From positions 1-39,912 of IMG/VR virus record IMGVR_UViG_3300045988_081371: DNA of 39,912 nt; one strand, 5' to 3'. Shown here one piece after another: positions 18,305 through 25,160 of the stretch (positions within the stretch are counted from its first letter, which is position 1; each line of letters begins with the position of its first letter). Made by a program: the position numbers and the translations under genes. The DNA comes from a virus. The notes below the pieces were generated by a model, which was not told the origin of the DNA, searched no databases, and saw only the letters and a program-made list of their open reading frames with translations.

Positions 18305-19378
18305 TTAGGTGTTCGTCTTGCTTGCAACCGCAGACTGATACATGCCATCTTTAATTGCAGCAGCCTTAATCTCTTCTCCAGACGCAAGCGTGGGCTTGCT
18401 GTCACCGCTGTAGATCTTCGCCGTAGAAGAATAGCGCGGATCAGAGCCGTCGGTGGTGTACTTGATCGTCGCGCCACTCGTTCCGCTTGCAAGAGTTGCA
18501 CTATTGGCTGCAATGGAAATCGTCGGCGTTTCGCATACTTTGCCGCTCGCAGTAGCAATGTAAATTCCGTCTGCCTTGGTCGGGATAACAAATGCGTCAA
18601 AAATTACGCGCCCCTCAACCAGCTGGCCAGAAATACCCTGCGGGTCAGTATGGATCTTGTATTCATTAAGCTTCATCGGGGAAATTGCAGAGCCCTTATG
18701 AATCAGCATGAAATACACGTTTTCCGGCATCCAAGAGTCAGGAATGGTCTTAATCGGAATACCGGCATATTTACCGACCACACCGGTTTCCAGAGCCTTA
18801 CTGCCGGTAGAGTCCAGCGCAATATACTCTGTTGAAAGCGCAAGCGTCGGCAGCAGGCTTTCTTTCAGGTACAAAGTACGGTTCGTTTTTGGCACAAACT
18901 TGTTGTTCATCTCAGCCTGTGCGTCAAAGATCATGCCGCCAATAGTGCCCTTTACTGGTGCTGCGCTCATAGCCTTGGCGATACCTGCGCCCTTTGCCCA
19001 GACTTTCATGCGGTAAATGTCGATGTACGGCGTTACAACCTCCCGCATCTGGCGTCTAAGGGAAGTTCCGGCCTGCTTGATATTGAACTGTTCTTTTGCG
19101 TTGCCCTTGTCAATGGTATAAGTGAAGCCCTTATCCATGTTCATGACAAACTCATAGATATTGTCTGTCAGCTCCTGCGGCGTGCCGTATCTGTTTGAAC
19201 CGGAACGGGTGTAGTCATTCAGCGGCGCAACCGCAACATCGTAGACCTTTACGGTTTTTACGCCGGTGAATTCCATATCCAGGTTTTTAGAGAACGCGCC
19301 CTGCGTGATCGAGTCATGATAGAAGCGTTCCTGTACCTGGCTGGAATATTTTTCTGCAAGATTGATTGTCTTTCCCAT
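18305..19378 (-). CDS. Major capsid protein (357 aa) with a C-terminal Ig-like (chitobiase/FN3-associated-like) extension
   Basis: Follows the scaffold gene. The N-terminal region EKYSSQVQERFYHDS...FTGVKTVKVYDV...LNDYTRSG resembles N4-gp56-type capsid proteins (from memory). The C-terminus reads GATIKYTTDGSDPRYSSTAKIYSG...IKAAAIKDGMYQS. Start at MGKTINL behind AAAGGAGA. Confidence 0.8.
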   Translation of the reverse strand: MGKTINLAEKYSSQVQERFYHDSITQGAFSKNLDMEFTGVKTVKVYDVAVAPLNDYTRSGSNRYGTPQELTDNIYEFVMNMDKGFTYTIDKGNAKEQFNIKQAGTSLRRQMREVVTPYIDIYRMKVWAKGAGIAKAMSAAPVKGTIGGMIFDAQAEMNNKFVPKTNRTLYLKESLLPTLALSTEYIALDSTGSKALETGVVGKYAGIPIKTIPDSWMPENVYFMLIHKGSAISPMKLNEYKIHTDPQGISGQLVEGRVIFDAFVIPTKADGIYIATASGKVCETPTISIAANSATLASGTSGATIKYTTDGSDPRYSSTAKIYSGDSKPTLASGEEIKAAAIKDGMYQSAVASKTNT

Positions 19379-19395
19379 ATAGTCTCCTTTCAGAT

Positions 19396-20259
19396 TCAAT
19401 CATCGTCGGCCAAAAAAGCAGCAAGGAACGGGTCTTTCCCGACCTCTTTCCCATCCGCCTTTACACTGCCGACCGATGCCTGTTTGTTCTTTTCGTTCTG
19501 CTCCATCGCCTTAATCTGGCCTTGGAGCCGTCTGTTTTCTTCAATTACTTGCTGTGTTTCGTATCTCCCGTATGCAGAAACAAGGCTTTCGCCGCCTCGT
19601 ACTGCGTCCCAGACCTCCTGCGGAATTGACTCCGGGTCAACGCCCTTGTATGTAGAAAGAAATTTTTCGATATCTTTCTTCTGCTCGTTTTGCCGTTCAA
19701 TTTCGTTTTTCTCCTGAGACTTTGCTTTCTTCTCTCTTTCCTGTGCCCCAGCAAGCTTTTTCTCGGCATCCTCACGCAAAACACGTTCTTTTGCCGTTTC
19801 CCGGCTCAAGCCTTGCGAAACATAAGCGTTTTCACGCAGTGAACGCAGGAATGTAGGAACATCAATTCCAGCTGCAGCCGCTGCTTCCTGCAATGCAGAA
19901 AATGATTCCGCATTTTCGTCCCTGTAGTGCCGCAACTCATCCAGTTCACTGCGCATTTCGTCACGCTGTGCAAGGATCCTGTCATGGTTCAGGCCTTTCT
20001 GCGCAAGCGTGGTCATTTCATCAAGGGTGACTTTCCGAGTTTCCTTATTGAATTTCAGTTCAAACGTTTCTGGCGGCGTGTCCTGCTGTGCTTCCTGCTC
20101 GCTTTCGTCGTGATGCTCCGTCTCATCCGGTTTTTCTTCCTGTTCTTCCTGCTGTTCATCAGTCTGGTTGCCGCTGTCCTCAGAAAGATCAAGGTCGGAT
20201 AAGTCAACATCGTATTCGTCGTCGAGCTCTTCGCTCATGGTCTGGGTCTCTTCATTCAT
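19396..20259 (-). CDS. Scaffolding protein (287 aa, acidic N-terminus, E/K-rich coiled coil)
   Basis: Immediately upstream of the capsid gene. DEYDVDLSDLDLSED acidic tract, long charged helices, SD AAAGGAGGAA. Confidence 0.65.
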   Translation of the reverse strand: MNEETQTMSEELDDEYDVDLSDLDLSEDSGNQTDEQQEEQEEKPDETEHHDESEQEAQQDTPPETFELKFNKETRKVTLDEMTTLAQKGLNHDRILAQRDEMRSELDELRHYRDENAESFSALQEAAAAAGIDVPTFLRSLRENAYVSQGLSRETAKERVLREDAEKKLAGAQEREKKAKSQEKNEIERQNEQKKDIEKFLSTYKGVDPESIPQEVWDAVRGGESLVSAYGRYETQQVIEENRRLQGQIKAMEQNEKNKQASVGSVKADGKEVGKDPFLAAFLADDD

Positions 20260-20278
20260 TGCTGTTTCCTCCTTTATT

Positions 20279-20313
20279 GGCTCTGGTAGGCCTTATGACG
20301 GCTCTGGTAGGCC
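20279..20313 (-). promoter_or_regulatory. Two 14-bp direct repeats GGCTCTGGTAGGCC (21-bp period) just upstream of the scaffold RBS
   Basis: Copies at 20279-20292 and 20300-20313, between the terminator at 20323-20365 and the scaffold ATG at 20259. Confidence 0.45.
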
Positions 20314-20322
20314 GCTACTTAC

Positions 20323-20365
20323 AAAAAAAGAGCTAACCGGCTACGAATCGTAGTCAGTTAGCTCC
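20323..20365 (-). terminator. Strong rho-independent terminator between the terL unit and the scaffold/capsid unit
   Basis: On the minus strand, GGAGCTAAC..CTACG.ATT.CGTAG..GTTAGCTC forms a nested hairpin followed by TTTTTTT (revcomp of 20323-20329). Confidence 0.7.
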
Positions 20366-20387
20366 AATTGCTCTTTCCTGCACCCAA

Positions 20388-20531
20388 TTATGCAGGAGAA
20401 ATATATTTGATTGTCTTTTTAACCTCTAAAACAACGTATCCATTGCCTTTTCTGCGAAGTTCAACGTCGTTCCCGCGCTTCAAGATGGCTTCCGCTGTCC
20501 GCATTGCTTCTGCAAATGTTTGTTCCGTCAT
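20388..20531 (-). CDS. Small hypothetical protein (47 aa, MTEQTFAEAMRTAEAILKRGNDVELRRKGNGYVVLEVKKTIKYISPA)
   Basis: ATGA overlap with the stop of the 138-aa gene. Hand translated and below the ORF-track cutoff. Confidence 0.5.
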   Translation of the reverse strand: MTEQTFAEAMRTAEAILKRGNDVELRRKGNGYVVLEVKKTIKYISPA

Positions 20532-20944
20532 ACGCTAAAGCCCCCATACGCCGGTAAAATATCTTCCCATTCAGCAGGTTTCCGCGCTCCAATCGAATTA
20601 ACAAGTTCCTGATATCTTTGAATAAAGAAGCTTGCCATTGTATCATTTTCACCAAGCAAAAGATGTGCAGCCAAGCCATAGGGAAGCACGCCCTGTGCCA
20701 GTGCATCATCAAGGCCAATATCTTCTTCGAAGCTTGTAATAAGCGGGCAAATTGACCGAACACCGTCAACCCCCGGCACGTATGTATCAGAATATGGGTA
20801 TAATTCATGCCGAAGTACATTCAAAATGGAGAGTGTACGCATTCTGTATTCGTTCGTATCGCTTGTTACAGCTGCGCCGCTTGATTCGCTTTGCTCATCC
20901 ATCAAGTGGATTGCTTTTTCAAAAACCCAATTTGCATTCGTCAT
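20528..20944 (-). CDS. Hypothetical protein (138 aa) downstream of terL
   Basis: SD TAGGAG lies 6 nt upstream of the ATG. No motif recognised. Confidence 0.6.
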   Translation of the reverse strand: MTNANWVFEKAIHLMDEQSESSGAAVTSDTNEYRMRTLSILNVLRHELYPYSDTYVPGVDGVRSICPLITSFEEDIGLDDALAQGVLPYGLAAHLLLGENDTMASFFIQRYQELVNSIGARKPAEWEDILPAYGGFSV

Positions 20945-20953
20945 TTCGTACTC

Positions 20954-22345
20954 CTATGCGCTGAAATTCATATAGCTGCTGTCGATTTCTCCGCCGGTCA
21001 TATAATCATCGTATTGCTCAAGATCGGCTTCCACATTGACCGTCTCTTCTATTTTCTCTGGTTTAAGCGTCCGAAGCTGACAATAATACCGAAGCGCGTC
21101 TGGCCGGTGTGTAATCTCATGCGGCTGTTTCGCACAGTCAGACGGGTTTTTATCGTCGTGCTGAATTGCCATGATATCATCAATCAAGCCCTTGCACGTC
21201 TCAAAAATAACCATTCCGGGCTTTCCGTCTGGCAGCAACTTGAAAAACTCTTTTACGGAAAGCCAGCCCTGCACGCGGCTATTGTTTGCTTTCAGCACCG
21301 GCAATCCAGCCTCCGAGAACAGCGCAGCCATTGTTTTACCGGTGTCTTTCTGCGTTGACCACATATCAGGCGGTGCTACCGTATACTCTATCCGTTCTCC
21401 TGCTGGCGTAGATACAAGCGCCGCCCTCGCAGCCTCTGAAACGATGAGCTTGCTTTCGGAATATTCTCTGTAAACGTAACATCTTCCGTTGAAGTCAACT
21501 GCAATCCACAGGCAGGCAAACATATCAAGGCCATAGTCAAACGTCCTATATTTCGCCCACGAATCCGGGATTGCAAACGGCTTTACAACGTGCGTTTTTA
21601 TTGTGAACTCTGGGAAATAACCGCCAGATAGTGCATCCCAATCACCATATCTGTGAGCCTGCCGAATATCTTCCGGCAGTAGGTCTAGCGCATTGATATA
21701 ATCCGGTGACCCCTCCAACAAGTCCTTGTTGTCCTCGACTGTGGCCTTGATAAACAGATAATCATCCGGGTTTTCATTTGGCAGGAAGTCTCTTGTAATA
21801 AAGATTCTCTTTACCCACTGATGCCCGATGCCGCCCGGGTTGCAGGTCAGATATACTCTCTTTGGAAACGGCGTCGCGCCGCGGCAGCAGCCCGCGATAC
21901 CACGAAATTCCTGCTCCGTAAATTGTGTTGCCTCTTCAATAAAAATCCAGTCGTATTCCTGACCTTGGTATTTACCTGTAACAGCTGCGCCATATCCGTC
22001 CATATTGCCGAATTTTATCGTGCTGCCGTTAGCAAATGTCAGAAGATGCTTTTGTACGTTATACGCCGCAAGGCTTTCTGGCACAAGCTTCAAAATCGGG
22101 TCTATAACAGAGTTTTCCAAGTCCTCATACCTGCGGCGAAGAATCAAAATCCGGATTCCCGGATATTCTATCGCCCCTCCTACAGGCTTTCTCTGAGTAC
22201 ACCAGCTTTTCCCTCCGCCGCGCGCTCCACCGTAACAGGTATATTTCACTCGGCTTGCAAAAAACTGATTCTGAGGCTCGGAGTTTGGCCGTCCAAGGTC
22301 AACCGTTATTGTTCCGCCTTTCTTTGGCGGCTTCACTCTCGCCAT
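20954..22345 (-). CDS. terL: Terminase large subunit (463 aa)
   Basis: Walker A-like CYGGARGGGKSW, Walker B-like DWIFIEEATQF, and a C-terminal RNaseH-like nuclease region (FDYGLDMFACLW). Confidence 0.9.
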   Translation of the reverse strand: MARVKPPKKGGTITVDLGRPNSEPQNQFFASRVKYTCYGGARGGGKSWCTQRKPVGGAIEYPGIRILILRRRYEDLENSVIDPILKLVPESLAAYNVQKHLLTFANGSTIKFGNMDGYGAAVTGKYQGQEYDWIFIEEATQFTEQEFRGIAGCCRGATPFPKRVYLTCNPGGIGHQWVKRIFITRDFLPNENPDDYLFIKATVEDNKDLLEGSPDYINALDLLPEDIRQAHRYGDWDALSGGYFPEFTIKTHVVKPFAIPDSWAKYRTFDYGLDMFACLWIAVDFNGRCYVYREYSESKLIVSEAARAALVSTPAGERIEYTVAPPDMWSTQKDTGKTMAALFSEAGLPVLKANNSRVQGWLSVKEFFKLLPDGKPGMVIFETCKGLIDDIMAIQHDDKNPSDCAKQPHEITHRPDALRYYCQLRTLKPEKIEETVNVEADLEQYDDYMTGGEIDSSYMNFSA

Positions 22346-22510
22346 AGCAAGCCCTTTCTGCGTATTCTCGCCTTGCCGCTTAGATTGTCACATTCTGATC
22401 TGCGGCGCATCCACGCTTTGACGCGATCAGAATAGTTTTCAGCGACCGTTGTCATTTCCATGTGAGGCCAAGCGATGCGCTCTCACAGTGCCCGGGCGCG
22501 ACCCGGATTC

Positions 22511-22597
22511 TGGCGGCAGATGGAGGTGTCGAGCCCCACGGCTTGCGCCGCTCACTGTTTTCAAGACAGGATTCAAGGCCGCTTGAATTCATCTGCC
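22511..22597 (-). tRNA. tRNA-Ser(UGA)-like, 87 nt, type II with long variable arm, degenerate T-arm
   Basis: Revcomp is GGCAGAT..ATTC/GAAT D-arm..anticodon loop CTTGAAA..variable stem GCGGC/GCCGT..T-loop CTCGACA..ATCTGCC-G-CCA. There is one mismatch in the anticodon stem and a weak T-stem. Confidence 0.6.
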
Positions 22598-22600
22598 ATA

Positions 22601-22694
22601 TGGCGAAGATGGCAGGACTCGAACCTGCACAGCGCCGTATGGCGCTTACTAGCGGTTTAGCAAACCGCTGCCTTACCGTTAGGCTTACATCTCC
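22601..22694 (-). tRNA. tRNA-Ser(GCU), 94 nt, type II
   Basis: Revcomp is GGAGATG...GCGGT-TTGCTAA-ACCGC (anticodon GCT), variable stem AGCGCC/GGCGCT, T-arm GCAGG-TTCGAGT-CCTGC, CATCTTC-G-CCA. Confidence 0.85.
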
Positions 22695-22697
22695 GTA

Positions 22698-22773
22698 TGG
22701 TGGGTCGTTTCGGATTCGAACCGAAATAATACCAGTCATGAGCTGGTTGCTCTAGCCGTTGAGATAACGACCC
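22698..22773 (-). tRNA. tRNA with CAU anticodon (elongator Met or Ile2-type), 76 nt
   Basis: Revcomp is GGGTCGT..ACCAG-CTCATGA-CTGGT..TTCGG-TTCGAAT-CCGAA-ACGACCC-A-CCA. It has a G1-C72 pair and no GGG/CCC anticodon stem, so it is not initiator-like. Confidence 0.85.
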
Positions 22774-22899
22774 TTATAGTTCTGTGCTCACCTTGACACC
22801 CAGTCGCCTGAGTGCCAAAGAGGATAACAAAAAATGAGCTTTGGAATGGAAACGGTTGGCATGAATGCCAAGGTCAGCACAGATTTTCTAAATTTTCAA

Positions 22900-23200
22900 T
22901 TGCCATTTCACAAATGGGGGGTGTCCCTTTTTCTGCTACCCCCTCTTTTTGTTGGGGCAATACAGGGGTCTGTATATAATCTATAGGTAATAGCGCGCGC
23001 GCCCCCTGTTTTTCCGCTACCCCGCCCTACCCCCTAGTGATAGTGATAGTGTGGGAGGGGATGCCCGCGCGCGCGCCTCCTTTAATGGCGCGTGCGGGCG
23101 GTGCATATGCAGCAGCAGCCAGGGCAGGCGCGCCCAGGAGCGCTGCACTATGCATCACTAGACATTGCATATATACATCGCCATGCGGTATATATGTAAA
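22900..23200. repeat. Repeat-dense non-coding block between terS and the tRNA array (candidate cos/pac or other cis element)
   Basis: Contains (GC)5 tracts at 22993-23002 and 23066-23076, GCTACCCC motifs at 22935-22943 and 23015-23035, GTGATA tandem at 23037-23051, a GGCGCGCC palindrome and the AT palindrome CATATATAC-N11-GTATATATG near 23168-23196. Confidence 0.5.
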
Positions 23201-23254
23201 AATGTTTTGAAATACCTCTTAATCACACAGTTTACGAAACATTTTGCGAAATAT

Positions 23255-23286
23255 GAACGCAACAAAAATTGGTTTTGGTTGCGTTC
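23255..23286 (-). terminator. Hairpin immediately downstream of terS (possible terminator/attenuator)
   Basis: GAACGCAAC ... GTTGCGTTC 9-bp arms, 4 nt after the terS stop. The downstream minus-strand sequence ATATTTCGCAAAATG is only moderately T-rich. Confidence 0.4.
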
Positions 23287-23289
23287 AAG

Positions 23290-23688
23290 CTATTTGAACG
23301 CATCTTTTGCCCCGCCAAAGCTCACTTGCAGCTTAATTTCACCGCTGGCCTGCTGCTCCACCTTATCTGTATAGGCAGATCCAAAGCCGAAATCTTGCTT
23401 ATGCAGAAATATTGATTTGCCGGTGCCGGGGCCATTATAACGAGGATCAATATCGTATTCGGCCTTGATCCAAGTATCAATGTTTTTTAGCAGTGCCGCC
23501 GTGGCTTTATTATGGGGATTCGGCATCTTAACGAATTGCCGCACATCATCAATGCTTACACCGATAAAGCGATAAAAATCAGCGTGTGACGCTCTGTAAT
23601 CTTTGCCTGTGCCGTGCTCCTGCTTGTACTGATCAAACAAATCAAAAACTTGCTGATATGTAAGCGGGAACTGCCGAACATTTGCCAT
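23290..23688 (-). CDS. terS: Terminase small subunit (132 aa)
   Basis: Size, an N-terminal HTH-like segment and the C-terminal GKSIFLHKQDFGFG motif resemble small terminases of Firmicutes phages (from memory). SD GGAGGAGGTG. First gene of the late region. Confidence 0.6.
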   Translation of the reverse strand: MANVRQFPLTYQQVFDLFDQYKQEHGTGKDYRASHADFYRFIGVSIDDVRQFVKMPNPHNKATAALLKNIDTWIKAEYDIDPRYNGPGTGKSIFLHKQDFGFGSAYTDKVEQQASGEIKLQVSFGGAKDAFK

Positions 23689-23974
23689 TTAAGCACCTCC
23701 TCCGGCAAAAAAGTTTGTGGAAAATCCTTTTACAGGTGAGATTTGCAACGGCAAACAGCAAGCGCAAGCGCTTGCTTTTGCCTTATGCAAATCTCTACAA
23801 GGTAAATATATCACGCCGAACTTATATTTTGATGGAAAAAGTGCGAAAACCTGCGAAAATATAAGTTCAAAATAGGCATTTTGCATATGCAAAAGTTGTT
23901 GATTTGCAACGGTTGCAATGCTGTTCACAAATTGTTTACTGAATTTTTACAAATGCCTATTGACAAGATTAAGA

Positions 23975-24031
23975 GTGCAAAAAAGGATTCCCGCAGATAT
24001 GGCAACGGCTGCCACGTCTGCGGGAATCCTT
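23975..24031 (-). terminator. Rho-independent terminator after the RHH gene
   Basis: 15-bp arms AAGGATTCCCGCAGA (23983-23997) and TCTGCGGGAATCCTT (24017-24031), followed on the minus strand by TTTTTTGCAC. Confidence 0.65.
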
Positions 24032-24084
24032 GCGTATAGCACTATTTGCAATTATTGATTACATATTAGGCAAATAATGCGCTT

Positions 24085-24264
24085 TTAATGCTCTCCGTCC
24101 ATTCGTGCGCGAATGGATTGATTGATATAAGCGTTGACGGACTGTCCAGCCCTGGCGGCCGCCTGCGCTATTTGCTCTTTGTCTCCCTTTGGTACTAGCA
24201 AATTGATTCGATCATAAGCTTTTGCAATATAATCATTTTGCCACTTTGCTTTTCGATTTGCCAT
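24085..24264 (-). CDS. Ribbon-helix-helix (Arc/CopG-like) DNA-binding protein (59 aa)
   Basis: MANRKAKWQNDYIAKAYDRINLLVPKGDKEQIAQAAARAGQSVNAYINQSIRARM shows the beta-strand plus two-helix pattern of Arc/CopG family proteins. SD AGGGGTGA. Confidence 0.6.
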   Translation of the reverse strand: MANRKAKWQNDYIAKAYDRINLLVPKGDKEQIAQAAARAGQSVNAYINQSIRARMDGEH

Positions 24265-24281
24265 AAAATCACCCCTGCGAC

Positions 24282-24388
24282 ATGATATCACGCGCAGAAA
24301 CGTTGCGCAACGTACAAAATCCACAAAAACACGTTGCGCAATTTGTTTATTCTGCCGCCTTGACTACGTTGCGCAACGACGCTATGAT
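24282..24388. promoter_or_regulatory. Divergent promoter/operator region: three CGTTGCGCAA(CG) operators and two sigma-70-like promoters
   Basis: Operators lie at 24301-24312, 24332-24341 and 24367-24378. The plus promoter is TTGACT (24360-24365), 17 nt, TATGAT (24383-24388), with operator 3 inside the spacer. The minus promoter is TTGCGC (revcomp of 24305-24310), 17 nt, TATCAT (revcomp of 24282-24287), overlapping operator 1. Confidence 0.65.
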
Positions 24389-24448
24389 TAAGGCACAAAA
24401 GCACAACACCGCAGGCCAACAGCCGCGGCACGCATGGAGGAACACACT

Positions 24449-24946
24449 ATGAAATACTTCACCAACATTACCACGCTGGACGAACTCAAGAAAGAATACC
24501 GCCGCCTCGCTTTTGCAAACCACCCCGACCGGGGCGGCGACGTTGCCACGATGCAGGCCATCAACGCCGAGTACGAGCAGCTGCATGAGCTGCTTAAAAA
24601 TCAGCACAACGCAGGCGCTGACGAATACCACCAGACCACCGAGACCGCCGCCGAATTTATCCATATCATTTCCGCACTTATCCGCTTGGGCGGGCTGGAA
24701 ATTGAGCTTTGCGGCTCTTGGCTTTGGATCGGCGGTAACACCCGCGAGCACAAAGAGGCTTTAAAGGCCGCTGGCTGCCGCTGGAGCAACGGAAAGAAGC
24801 TGTGGTACTGGCACCATGAAGAGGCTGGCCGCAAATGGCGCAAGGGTAACACCACAATGCAGGAAATCCGCCGGAAATATGGATCACAGGTTTATACCGC
24901 TTCTGGCGAATCCAGCAAATACGAAAAGATCGGGGCAACGGCGTAA
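24449..24946 (+). CDS. J-domain (DnaJ-like) protein (165 aa) with an uncharacterised W/K-rich C-terminal domain
   Basis: N-terminus LDELKKEYRRLAFANHPDRGGDVATMQAINAEYEQL carries the HPD tripeptide in J-domain helix II/III context. SD GGAGGAA. The C-terminus reads LCGSWLWIGGNTREHKEALKAAGCRWSNGKKLWYW. Confidence 0.8.
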   Translation: MKYFTNITTLDELKKEYRRLAFANHPDRGGDVATMQAINAEYEQLHELLKNQHNAGADEYHQTTETAAEFIHIISALIRLGGLEIELCGSWLWIGGNTREHKEALKAAGCRWSNGKKLWYWHHEEAGRKWRKGNTTMQEIRRKYGSQVYTASGESSKYEKIGATA

Positions 24947-24980
24947 GCCGTTCCCCCTCACAATGAAAGGAGTGCACATC

Positions 24981-25160
24981 ATGGCAAAAAACTTTAAGCT
25001 TGCAGACATCGACCGCAACGCGCTTTACACGGTATCCATCATTGACAGCTGGATTGACGACGCAAAGCAGCAGTTAATGACCGGTTCTGACTTGATCAGC
25101 TTTACAAATGCCGCTGCGCATCTGTACGACATCCACGCCGAAAGGGTGGACGCAGAATGA
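24981..25160 (+). CDS. Hypothetical protein (59 aa)
   Basis: SD AAAGGAG lies 9 nt upstream of ATG 24981. Begins MAKNFKLADIDRNALYTVSIIDSW. Confidence 0.55.
   Translation: MAKNFKLADIDRNALYTVSIIDSWIDDAKQQLMTGSDLISFTNAAAHLYDIHAERVDAE

Noticed and set aside
22452-22510. A fourth tRNA or tRNA-like element (GAATCCGGG...CCCGGGCA resembles a T-loop/acceptor)
   Set aside because: Only a 5-bp hairpin (CCGGG/CCCGG) and a second small hairpin are present. There is no acceptor pairing, no anticodon arm and no CCA.
22452-22755. Three overlapping six-frame ORFs (95, 97 and 61 aa) in the gap upstream of terL
   Set aside because: They lie exactly over three cloverleaf tRNA sequences with CCA ends. They have no SD sequences and their reading frames are a by-product of the GC-rich structured RNA genes.
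22834-22986. 50-codon plus-strand ORF (MSFGMETVGMNAKVSTDF...) with a GAGGA upstream, inside the non-coding repeat block
   Set aside because: It is on the opposite strand to everything around it and has no usable -10 after the nearby TTGACA. Its second half is simply the translation of the C-rich repeats. I treated it as a chance ORF, although ribosome profiling could revisit this.
22900-23100. Possible CRISPR array or G-quadruplex array suggested by the recurring GC-rich motifs
   Set aside because: The repeats are short (8-10 nt), irregularly spaced and not separated by unique spacers of uniform length, and there is no cas gene. The G4 potential is mentioned in the finding but is not asserted as a feature.
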